Shown: one piece after another, positions 8,237 to 21,000 of the stretch
Layout of the letters: the number at the start of each line of letters is the position of its first letter
How positions within the stretch are numbered: position 1 is the first letter of the stretch
Assembly: GCA_011523785.1 (NCBI GenBank)
Contig: WTFW01000063.1
Location: 1,615 to 65,614 of the forward strand
Length of the DNA stretch: 64,000 nt
Source: Chloroflexota bacterium
Lineage (GTDB): Bacteria > Chloroflexota > UBA11872
Direction: 5' to 3'
The notes under the pieces: generated by a model
Told to the model about the DNA's origin: nothing
Databases searched by the model: none
Seen by the model: only the letters and a program-made list of their open reading frames with translations
Translations under genes and position numbers: made by a program

Positions 8237-10984
8237 ATGTCCCGTCGCCGCGCGTTGAGCGTCCTGGCCGTGGCCACGGCGACGACGGCCTGCGAGATTG
8301 GCGGCTTTGGCGCCGAGTCGTCGCCGACGGCCGATTCCGGCGCCCCGCGCACCCCGCCTCCTTACCTGGCGCCGGCACCGCAGCCGCTGCCGCCGCCCGT
8401 TCGGCTGCCGGCGATTCTCTCGGACTTTGCGGGCACCGGGGAGATTGGCAATGCGGGGGACGGCGGTCCCGCCCTGGCGGCGATGTTCCGCAGCGTGGGT
8501 GGCGTGGTGGTTGGCTCGGACGGGGTGGTCTATGTCTCCGATCCGAGCGCCAGCCGGATTCGGCGAATTCGAGCCGACGGCGTGATCGAGGCGCTGGCCG
8601 GAACCGGAGTCCGCGGCTTTGGGGGAGACGGCGGACACGCGTTGGCGGCGGACTTCACGGACCCGAGCCGGTTGCTGGTCGACCAGGTCGGCACGCTGTT
8701 TGTCGCCGAACTCGATCGAGTGCGCCGTATCGACGCGTCGGGCCTGGTGTCGACGATTCTCGGGGACGGGCACGCGGGATTGGAAGGCGACGGGGGACCG
8801 GCCGCGTTTGCCAGAACGGCCGGTAACGAGGGCATGGCGATCGACGGCGACGGCAACCTCTTCATCGCCGAGCGGGCGGCCAACCGGGTCCGCCGAGTCG
8901 ATACCCGCGGCAACGTGACCAGAGTGGCCGGTACCGGCGTTCCAGGCAGTGACGGCGACGGCGGACCGGCGCTGTCCGCAACTCTCAATCAGCCGGTGGA
9001 CGTGGATGTGGACGGTCAGGGCAATTTACTGATAGCCGAACTGGCCGGAAACCGAATTCGCCGGGTCTCCACCACCGGTGTGATCGACACGATTGCCGGC
9101 ACCGGGCTGCCGGGTGGAGGCGGTGACGGTGGTCCGGCAACGGCGGCGGAACTCCACGGACCGCAAAGTGTGGTTGTAGACGCCAGTGGCGCGATATTCA
9201 TCGCCGACTGGAACAACCGCCGCATCCGCCGCATTCACCCAGACGGCACCATGCAGACGGTCGCCGGGCTGGTGGGAGGCCGAGTTGAATCCGGCGGACC
9301 GGCCCTGGAGTCGCGGTTGACGCTCCCGCTGGCGATCACGCCGACGCTCGATGGTCGCCTGCTCATTGTGGAGCAGAGCGCGCGACGAATTCGTGCGCTC
9401 GTGCCAGCGCCACAGCCCGGAGCGGAAGCCGCGTCGCCTTCGACATCCGATACACAACCGGCCGACGCGGCGCCCGCGCCGGTCGCCTTTGTGCCGCCGG
9501 CGCCCGCCCTGCAGAGCGGCGCTCCGCTCGCCGGTGACCTCGTGGCGGAGGTCTTTGCCGGTACCGGCGAATCCGGAAACGCCGCCGACGGAGAGTTTCG
9601 GCTCAGCGCCGCGTTGGCATCGCCGCGAGGCATCGCCATTGACGGAATCGGTCGTCTGCTGATTGCCGACACGGGCAATCATCGAATCCGCCGCCTCGAT
9701 CCCGATGGCGTGGTGCGCGTCATCGCCGGGACCGGGGAGTCTGGGAGCGCCGGTGACGGCCTGGCCGCCGCGGCGGCCCAGCTCAACCGTCCCTCGGCAC
9801 TCGCGGTCGATTCGAACGGATCGATCTATGTGGCTGACTCGGGCAATTTCCGGATACGCAAAATCGACCCGGACGGCATCATCACCACGTTTGCCGGCGG
9901 TTCGCAGCCCGGTGTCGGCGGCGATGGCGGTCCCGCCCGCGACGCCCAGTTCACCGAGCCAGTCGATCTGGCGCTGGGCTCTGACGGATCGCTCTTTGTG
10001 GTGGACGGGCCGGTTCACCGAGTGCGCGTGATCCGCCCGGATGGCCTGATTCACGCCTTTGCGGGAAGCGGCGTGGACGGCTACGGCGGCGACGGGGGCC
10101 CGGCCACGGAAGCCGCTCTCGGATTTCCGCAGCGGGTGGCCCTCAATGCCGACGGGTCGGTGTTCGTCAGCCAAATCCACGCGGGCATCGTTCGCCGGAT
10201 TGGTGCCGACGGTGTGATCGAGACATTCGCTGGATCCGGCCGGTCGGAGGCGCCCGCGGAAGGTCCGGCCCGCGAGATTGGGCTGGACGCGCCAATCGGA
10301 GTGGCCACCGATGCGGTGGGCGCCGTCTATGTCGTCGCGAGCGGCAGCGGCCAGATTGTCCGAATCGATCCAGGCGGGCACGCCCAGATCATTGCCGGCA
10401 ACCCGCTCGGCCAAGGGCAACCCGGCGACCTGGCTCGCGACATTCCGCTGTTCACGTCGGTGGACATCGCCCTGGGGCCGGATGGGACTGGCTACCTGCT
10501 CGAGGCGCGTGGGCTGATCTGGCGACTCAGTTCCGAGGGGCGAGGCGCGGAGCAGGATTCGAGCAAACAGGAGGCGACGCCAACCGCAACTCCCACTCCC
10601 GCGCTGGACGAGGGAGCGAACGAATCGGCCGAGGCCAACAGCGTTGTGCTGGCTCTGCGGCTTGGGCCCGGGCAGGAGCCTATTCAGCCGACGCTGACAT
10701 TCCACCCTGGGGAGCGAGTCAACGTCTCGATTGAATTCGCCAATGTCGTGCAGGGCTCGCGCCTGGGAATCCGCTGGTTCGCTGGGGATAGCCTGCAAGG
10801 CACCTTCCTGACGGATCCGCAGCCGGTTTACACCCAGGCGCGATTCGGCTTCTGGTTTGGACTTCCGCCGACGGCCGCGCCAGGCCCCTGGCGGGTCGAG
10901 ATCATGGTTGGCTCTCGGGCCATCGCATCCGCGGACTTCGTCGTGACGCCTGGTGAGGTGCGGGTCGTTGCGCCGCCGCCGTAA
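8237..10984 (+). CDS. Large secreted lipoprotein with two NHL-repeat beta-propellers and a C-terminal beta-rich domain
   Basis: It has a signal peptide and a Cys (MSRRRALSVLAVATATTAC). About 12 NHL-type repeats are present (…GDGGPA…FxxPxGxxVDxxGNLYVADxxNxRIRRI…), arranged in two blocks separated by a Pro/Ala-rich linker. A Thr/Pro linker precedes a roughly 110-aa C-terminal domain. Start ATG 8237 is preceded by a GGGGA Shine-Dalgarno-like sequence. Confidence 0.8.
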   Translation: MSRRRALSVLAVATATTACEIGGFGAESSPTADSGAPRTPPPYLAPAPQPLPPPVRLPAILSDFAGTGEIGNAGDGGPALAAMFRSVGGVVVGSDGVVYVSDPSASRIRRIRADGVIEALAGTGVRGFGGDGGHALAADFTDPSRLLVDQVGTLFVAELDRVRRIDASGLVSTILGDGHAGLEGDGGPAAFARTAGNEGMAIDGDGNLFIAERAANRVRRVDTRGNVTRVAGTGVPGSDGDGGPALSATLNQPVDVDVDGQGNLLIAELAGNRIRRVSTTGVIDTIAGTGLPGGGGDGGPATAAELHGPQSVVVDASGAIFIADWNNRRIRRIHPDGTMQTVAGLVGGRVESGGPALESRLTLPLAITPTLDGRLLIVEQSARRIRALVPAPQPGAEAASPSTSDTQPADAAPAPVAFVPPAPALQSGAPLAGDLVAEVFAGTGESGNAADGEFRLSAALASPRGIAIDGIGRLLIADTGNHRIRRLDPDGVVRVIAGTGESGSAGDGLAAAAAQLNRPSALAVDSNGSIYVADSGNFRIRKIDPDGIITTFAGGSQPGVGGDGGPARDAQFTEPVDLALGSDGSLFVVDGPVHRVRVIRPDGLIHAFAGSGVDGYGGDGGPATEAALGFPQRVALNADGSVFVSQIHAGIVRRIGADGVIETFAGSGRSEAPAEGPAREIGLDAPIGVATDAVGAVYVVASGSGQIVRIDPGGHAQIIAGNPLGQGQPGDLARDIPLFTSVDIALGPDGTGYLLEARGLIWRLSSEGRGAEQDSSKQEATPTATPTPALDEGANESAEANSVVLALRLGPGQEPIQPTLTFHPGERVNVSIEFANVVQGSRLGIRWFAGDSLQGTFLTDPQPVYTQARFGFWFGLPPTAAPGPWRVEIMVGSRAIASADFVVTPGEVRVVAPPP

Positions 10985-11080
10985 CCGTCCTGATGCGCTC
11001 CTTGAAGGTATCGGGCTCACCGGCCGTGTCCAAATGCGCTCGTAAAATGGCGCTGAACGCTCCCGGAATCCCTAAACCGC

Positions 11081-11764
11081 ATGGCAGTTGACAGGAACGG
11101 CGCTGACAGCGCCGACGACGAACCGCCGATTGAAGTCAAAGTCACGGACTCTCGGTCCGCGTCAAGCGACGAAGACGAACCGGTCCCGCCGCCGGAGGCC
11201 GATGGCGCCGCTGACGTTCCGACGGACGAGCTGGAGGACTTGAAGGCGCAGGTCGCTCAACTGGATGCGCGCCGACAAGATCTCCTCAATCGACTGACCC
11301 GCGCGCAGGCCGACTTTGCGAACTACCGGCGGCGTACCACGGACGAGGCCCAGGAAGTTGCCAAGTTCGCGAATCAAGCGCTTGCATTTGAGTTGCTGAG
11401 TGTTCTCGACGCCCTGGAGCGCGCGTTTGCGGCAATCCCTTCCGAGCTACGGCTGCTGACCTGGATAGATGGTGTGGCCCTGATCCAGGCGCAGCTGAGT
11501 CGGGTGCTGGAAACCGCGGGAGTGACTCCGATTGAATGCCGTGCGGGCGACTCAATTGACGTGGAGATTCACGAAGTCGTGATGACGGAGGATTCCGAAG
11601 CGACAGCCGTGGTCGCCGAATTGCAGCGCGGATATCGAATGCACGGTCGGGTGATCCGGCCTGCGCTCGTCAAGGCCGGACCGAAGCCCGAAGCGAAAGA
11701 GCCGCCAGCGGAAGATGGTGGCGCGGCTGAAGCATCGCAGGACGAAGCCAGCGGGGCCGTGTGA
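11081..11764 (+). CDS. grpE: Nucleotide exchange factor GrpE
   Basis: An acidic N-terminus is followed by a coiled coil (LKAQVAQLDARRQDLLNRLTRAQADFANYRRR) and the GrpE core. Confidence 0.9.
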   Translation: MAVDRNGADSADDEPPIEVKVTDSRSASSDEDEPVPPPEADGAADVPTDELEDLKAQVAQLDARRQDLLNRLTRAQADFANYRRRTTDEAQEVAKFANQALAFELLSVLDALERAFAAIPSELRLLTWIDGVALIQAQLSRVLETAGVTPIECRAGDSIDVEIHEVVMTEDSEATAVVAELQRGYRMHGRVIRPALVKAGPKPEAKEPPAEDGGAAEASQDEASGAV

Positions 11765-12867
11765 GCGCCAAGCCCGACTACTACGACGTCTTAGGCGTCG
11801 AACGCACGGCCGGACCAGACGAGATTCGCAAGGCCTATCGTGATCTGGCGCGTCGGCACCATCCGGATGTCAGCCGGGAATCCGACGCCACGGCTCGTTT
11901 TCAGCAGATCAACGAGGCCTACGAGGTACTGCGCGACAAGGAGAAACGGGCGAACTACGACCGATTCGGTCATGACGGGCCGGGGGCGCCCTTCGGTGCG
12001 GGGTTTGACGACTTTGGTGGGATCGGTGATGTCTTCGACGCGTTCTTTGGCGGCGCGCGACGGCCACGGCCCGGAGGAGCGCAGCCTGGAACCGATGCGC
12101 GCGTTGAGGTCGAGCTGGACTTCCTGGAGAGCCTGTTTGGGGTTGAGATCGACGTTAGTTACCGGCGACTTGAGCCCTGCGGCACGTGTAACGGAAACGG
12201 CGCGGCGCCCGGAACCAGGCCCACGAGCTGCGCGCCTTGCCGAGGTACGGGCCAAGTCCAGCGTGCCCAGCGTTCGATCTTCGGCCAGTTCGTCAACGTT
12301 ACGGTCTGCGACACCTGCGGGGGCGCCGGGCAGGTTGTCGAGAGCAAGTGCCCAACGTGCACGGGAATTGGTCTGGAACGCGTCGCCGTGGAGCGCAAGG
12401 TCCGAGTGCCGGCCGGACTTCAGCCGGGCACTGAACTGCGACTCACCGGCGAGGGCAATCACGGCCCGCGCGGGGGCTCGCCGGGCGACCTCTATGTCGG
12501 AATCGATGTCACGCCGCATCCCGTGCTGGAGCGCGACGGCGACAACATACTGAGCAACGTCGTGATCAACGTCGCCGAGGCGGCCCTGGGCGCCAACCTG
12601 GAGGTAGAGACGGCCGACGGTCCCAACTCCGTCAAGATTCCGGCCGGCATCCAGGCCGGAACACCGATTCGGCTACGCGGCAAGGGCGCGCCGCGCCTGC
12701 GCGGGTCAGGACGAGGCGACCACTATCTCTTTGTACACGTGGCTACCCCGACCAAGCTGAACCGGAAGCAACGCGACCTGCTTGAACGCCTGCGTGACAC
12801 CTTGCCTGGCGGCAGCGATTCGGGCGGGCGCAGCTTCGTCGAAAAGATCCGAGCCGCCTTTCGGTGA
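11761..12867 (+). CDS. dnaJ: Molecular chaperone DnaJ
   Basis: It has a J-domain (YYDVLGV...HPD), a G/F region and four CxxCxGxG zinc-finger repeats. The start codon GTG overlaps the grpE stop (GTGA). Confidence 0.95.
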   Translation: MSAKPDYYDVLGVERTAGPDEIRKAYRDLARRHHPDVSRESDATARFQQINEAYEVLRDKEKRANYDRFGHDGPGAPFGAGFDDFGGIGDVFDAFFGGARRPRPGGAQPGTDARVEVELDFLESLFGVEIDVSYRRLEPCGTCNGNGAAPGTRPTSCAPCRGTGQVQRAQRSIFGQFVNVTVCDTCGGAGQVVESKCPTCTGIGLERVAVERKVRVPAGLQPGTELRLTGEGNHGPRGGSPGDLYVGIDVTPHPVLERDGDNILSNVVINVAEAALGANLEVETADGPNSVKIPAGIQAGTPIRLRGKGAPRLRGSGRGDHYLFVHVATPTKLNRKQRDLLERLRDTLPGGSDSGGRSFVEKIRAAFR

Positions 12868-13808
12868 GCGGCCAGTGGGCGGCGATCAGCATTCCTCTGC
12901 GACCAGAGGCGCTGGACGATGTATCCATGACGCTGCAGCGACTCGTCGGCAGAACGTTCGCCGTGGAAACGGGACCAGCGTCGGCGGAGGGGGCGTGGCC
13001 TGTGACCGCCCACGCGTACCTGGCTCCAGGCCAGGGGCAGGCGGCCGCGCGCCGAAGATTGCTACGAGCGCTCGACATGCTACGCATTGCCGGCGACGGG
13101 GTGGTTGGCACGGCGTCGGAGGCGTTCGTCGACGCTGACGCGTACCGTACGCGCTGGCGCGAGTCCTATGCGCCGGTCGCGGTTGGCCGCCGGCTGGTGA
13201 TTGTCCCGGCGTGGCTGGAGCAGCCGCCCGATCAGGCAGATCGGATTCCGATATTTCTCGACTCCGCGATGGCCTTCGGCACCGGACGTCATCCAACGAC
13301 CCAACTTGCGCTGGCGGCCTTGGAAGGTTCGGTGGATCCGGGTGACGTCGTGGTCGACGTTGGGACGGGATCGGGCGTGCTGGCTATCGCCGCGGCCAAG
13401 CTTGGAGCGTCGCGTGTGTACGCGTTCGACCGAGATCCCGAAGCAGGCCCGGCGGCGGCCGCCAATTTCGGGCGAAACGGCGTGTCCGATCGGATCGAGC
13501 TCACCGTTCCGAGTTCACGTCTTCGGACACCGGAACTCGCCGCGCTGGTCGTGGCAAACATCGTGGCATCGGTGCACGTGAAGCTGATGTCGGAATACGC
13601 CGGGCAGCTAGCGCCCGCCGGGCGGCTGTTGCTGAGCGGGGTGATTGACACTCGCGTCGAGGATGTGATTGCGGCCGCGCGGTCCTTCGGCTTCAACTTG
13701 CGACGGGCGGTGGCAGCCGAGGAGTGGCGGCTGCTCGACTTCACCAGGGAGTCACCGCCGACAATCGAAGTGGAAACCTCGGACGTCATGGGAGGTCGTT
13801 GCCAATGA
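12864..13808 (+). CDS. prmA: Ribosomal protein L11 methyltransferase
   Basis: The PrmA motif FGTGRHPTTQLAL and the SAM-binding motif VVDVGTGSGVLAIAA are present. A 4-nt overlap joins it to dnaJ. Confidence 0.85.
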   Translation: MSGQWAAISIPLRPEALDDVSMTLQRLVGRTFAVETGPASAEGAWPVTAHAYLAPGQGQAAARRRLLRALDMLRIAGDGVVGTASEAFVDADAYRTRWRESYAPVAVGRRLVIVPAWLEQPPDQADRIPIFLDSAMAFGTGRHPTTQLALAALEGSVDPGDVVVDVGTGSGVLAIAAAKLGASRVYAFDRDPEAGPAAAANFGRNGVSDRIELTVPSSRLRTPELAALVVANIVASVHVKLMSEYAGQLAPAGRLLLSGVIDTRVEDVIAAARSFGFNLRRAVAAEEWRLLDFTRESPPTIEVETSDVMGGRCQ

Positions 13809-14164
13809 GTTCCAACGCCACTGAGCAGGACTGCGTCTTTTGCGCCATTGCGCGTGGCGACATTCCGAGCGACCGCGTCTATAGCGACGACCACGTGGTG
13901 GCGTTTCGCGATATCAACCCGCAGGCGCCTTCGCACGTGCTGGTAGCGCCTCGGCGGCACGTGGCGAGCGTTGACCAGCTAAGGGACGACGGGGAGTTGC
14001 TGGGACGGGTGATGTCGGTGGCCGTGACGGTTGCGCAGGCGGAGGACCTGGCCGATTCGGGCTATCGCCTTGCAACAAACCATGGACGCGACGGTGCGCA
14101 GACCGTGCCACATCTGCACGTGCACGTGTTGGGCGGCCGTGCCCTGAGCGGACGGCTGGGATAG
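13805..14164 (+). CDS. HIT family hydrolase
   Basis: The true start is ATG 13805 (an ATGA overlap with prmA). The histidine triad HLHVHVLGG and the CVFCAI motif are present. Confidence 0.85.
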   Translation: MSSNATEQDCVFCAIARGDIPSDRVYSDDHVVAFRDINPQAPSHVLVAPRRHVASVDQLRDDGELLGRVMSVAVTVAQAEDLADSGYRLATNHGRDGAQTVPHLHVHVLGGRALSGRLG

Positions 14165-14619
14165 CAGACGGCGCGGGCGGCCCGACGACGGGCAGCTCGA
14201 CTTGGACGCGCTCGGTGCTTGAATCCAGTCCAGGACGCCCGGCGGCCCAGGTCGTGCGTTGGGAGCCCAGGGTGACTTGGGCCGCCGGCGGTAGTGTGAT
14301 ACAGTACAAGCAACGTGGGGGTGTCCGAATAGCTGCTCGGCCGCGAGTCAACTGAAGAGCCACGACCCAGCCGGCATTTGCGGGCTGGGTTACTGTGCCT
14401 TGCGACCACCAGGTACTTATTCGAAAACGGATGTGACGCGCTGACGCAGTACTTGTCGCAGGGCTCTCTGACGACCGCGGCCTCCGTGCGTCGGCGCACT
14501 GCGTTGTTCTACCCACTCCACGATTGGCTGCACACGGGCGCTCGGTCCGTTCGCCGTGGCAGCGGCGTACGCGGGCGCGATCGAATCCGTTCGTCAAGGA
14601 ACGAAGGAGCAGGCGATTC
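14165..14619 (+). promoter_or_regulatory. 455-bp non-coding region upstream of rpoB: presumed promoter(s) plus a long structured 5' leader
   Basis: No credible ORF is present. A GC-rich hairpin (ACCCAGCCGGC-ATTTGC-GGGCTGGGTT) lies at about 14368-14395. A strong Shine-Dalgarno AAGGAG sits 8 nt upstream of the rpoB ATG. Confidence 0.45.
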
Positions 14620-18081
<3,462 letters not shown>

Positions 18082-18095
18082 GAGGACCCGAACGA

Positions 18096-21000
18096 ATGCT
18101 TGAAGTCAACAAGTTCAGCGCGATTCGGATCCACCTGGCCTCGCCGGATCAGGTTCGATCCTGGTCGTATGGCGAAGTCGCCAAGCCGGAGACGATCAAT
18201 TACCGCACGCTGAAGCCTGAGCGTGACGGGCTGTTCTGCGAGCGCATCTTTGGCCCAACCAAGGACTGGGAGTGCGCCTGCGGTAAGTACAAGCGCGTGC
18301 GATTCCGCGGCATCATCTGCGACAAGTGCGGCGTTGAAGTCACTCGCTCGCGCGTCCGGCGCGAGCGGATGGGGCACATCGAGCTGGCGGCTCCGATTAC
18401 GCACATCTGGTTCCTCAAGGGCACGCCGAGCCGAATCGGCCAGGTGCTGGACATCACGCCGCGCGATCTCGAGAAGATCGTCTACTTCGCGTCCTTCATC
18501 GTTACCGACCTGGACGCAGAGGCCCGTGATGAAGCACTCGGCCGATTGGACCAAGACTTGGCCGACTACATCGAGGAAATCGAAGATCAGGCGGCGATTC
18601 GCCTGGGCGATGAGCAGGAGCGCCTGGAGGATCAAGTCGCCCAACTTGACTCGCAACTCAGCGATGAGCTGAAGCGCCTGGACACGGAAGTTCAGGCCAG
18701 CGCTGAGTCCATCAACAAGGAAATCGCCGCGCCGCGCAAGCTGCTGACCGCCGTAGGGCACATGAGTCAGCAGAAACTCGAGCGCGACATTGCCTTGAGT
18801 TGGATGAGCGATCCCCTGATCGCCGCGGGCGAGAAGCCACCCGCGGACGCGCTGGCGCAGCTCGACGCCGCGGCTGACGCGGCGATTGCCGACGTGACAT
18901 CCCGCTTCGAAGCCGAGAAGAGTGGCGCCAGCGAGCGCTTCAACCAGACCAAGGCGATGGAGCGCCGCGAAAGCGAACAGAACGTCGCCCGCATCGAAGA
19001 GGACAGGGTTCGGGACATCGGCGACGCTCGCGAGTTCTATGAGGAACGTCGCAAGGACCTGGGGACGCTGGAGCGAGGCCAGTTGCTCTCGGAGCCTCGT
19101 CACCAGGATCTCACTCGCACCTGCGGCGATGTGCTGGACGCGGGCGGTCGGGTGCGTCATCCGAGTGTCTTCGAGGCCGGCATTGGCGCGGAAGCCATCC
19201 TCGACCTGATTGCTGACGTGAATCTTGATGAACTCGCGGACGAGTTGCGTGAGGAGTTGAACGCGACTTCGAAGCAGCGGCAGAAGAAAGCCGCCAAGCG
19301 GCTGAAGGTCGTGGAGGCGTTCCGCCGCTCGGGCAACCGTCCGGAATGGATGATCCTGAACGTGCTGCCGGTGTTGCCGCCGGAATTGCGACCCATGGTG
19401 CAGCTGGACGGTGGACGCTTTGCCACCAGTGACCTGAACGATCTCTACCGCCGGGTAATCAACCGCAACAACCGGCTCAAGCGACTGATTGAGCTCGGGG
19501 CGCCCGAGATCATCGTGCGCAATGAGAAGCGCATGCTGCAGGAGGCCGTTGACGCGCTGATTGACAATGGGCGGCGCGGTCGCGCCGTGACGGGATCGTC
19601 GAACCATCCCTACAAGTCGCTCAGCGACTTGCTGCGCGGCAAGCAGGGCCGCTTCCGCCAGAACCTTTTGGGCAAGCGGGTGGACTACTCCGGGCGCTCC
19701 GTGATCGTGGTGGGTCCGCATCTCAATCTCAACCAGTGCGGCCTCCCAACCAAGATGGCCCTGGAGCTGTTCAAACCGTTCGTGATGCGCAAGCTCGTGG
19801 ACGACGGGCATGCCAGCAACATCAAGAGCGCCAAGCGAATGGTGGAGCATCCCGAGCCGCTGGTGTGGGATGCGTTGGAAGAGGTCACGCGCGACCATCC
19901 CGTGCTCCTCAATCGCGCGCCGACGCTGCACCGGCTGGGGATTCAGGCCTTCGACATCGTGCTAGTGCGCGGCAGCGCCATCCAGATACATCCCCTGGTT
20001 TGCACGGCGTTTAACGCCGACTTCGACGGTGACCAGATGGCTGTCCACGTTCCGCTGAGCCGGGCGGCGCAGGACGAGGCCCGCCACATCATGAAGAGCA
20101 CCCACAACATCCTCTCGCCGGCGGATGGGACGCCCATCGTCAGCCCGACCAAGGACATGGTGCTGGGCGCTTACTATCTGACCCAGAGCCAGTCCGATGA
20201 CCGGGCCGAAGACGATCTCCCGGCGTTCGCCAATTTCACCGACGCCATGCTGGCCTTTGATCACAACGCGGTGGATCTGCAGGACCGGATCCGCCTGCGA
20301 GTTACGCCTGTCGACTTCCCAGACGAGGTGGCCGGCCAGGACGGCCCGGCATTCATCACGACGACCATCGGGCGCATCATGCTCAACCAGGCCATCCCTC
20401 GAGAGTTGCGGTTCGTCAACGAACAGCTGGACAAGGGCGGTCTGCGTCGTGTAATCGAGATGGTGTTCTTCAACACCGACATGGACGTTACCGGCGAGGT
20501 CGCCAACCAGCTCAAGAACCTGGGCATGCAGTGGGCCACGCGCTCGGGCGTGACGATGGGGATCACGGATCTTGAGATCCCTGCGGTCAAGCGCCAGGTC
20601 GAGCAGGAAACGGATGCCCGGGTCAGCGCCATCAGGGCCAGCTTCGACGACGGACTAATCACCGACGACGAACGCTACCGGCTCACCGTCAAGGCCTGGA
20701 CCGATGCCATGGCCACCGTCTCAAGCTCCGTGGAGACGAGCCTCGATCCGATGAGTCCTGTTTTCATGATGGGCAACTCAGGCGCGGCCAAGGGCAACTT
20801 TGACCAGATCCGGCAGATCTCGGGGATGCGTGGACTGATGTCCAACCCGGCTGGCCGGATCATCGAGATGCCCGTACGCGCGAACTTCCGCGAGGGGATG
20901 TCGGCGCACGAGTACTTCATCTCCACGCACGGCGGACGCAAGGGGCTGGCCGACACGGCGCTCCGCACCGCCGACAGTGGCTATCTCACCCGCCGGCTGG

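Noticed and set aside
9026-11020. 664-aa minus-strand ORF opposite the NHL-repeat gene
   Set aside because: It is antisense to a gene with clear repeat architecture and a signal peptide. The translation is Arg/Gly-rich nonsense.
10985-11080. Possible CIRCE or HAIR heat-shock operator upstream of grpE
   Set aside because: I found no match to TTAGCACTC-N9-GAGTGCTAA or CTTGAGT-N7-ACTCAAG. Only weak short GCGCTC repeats are present.
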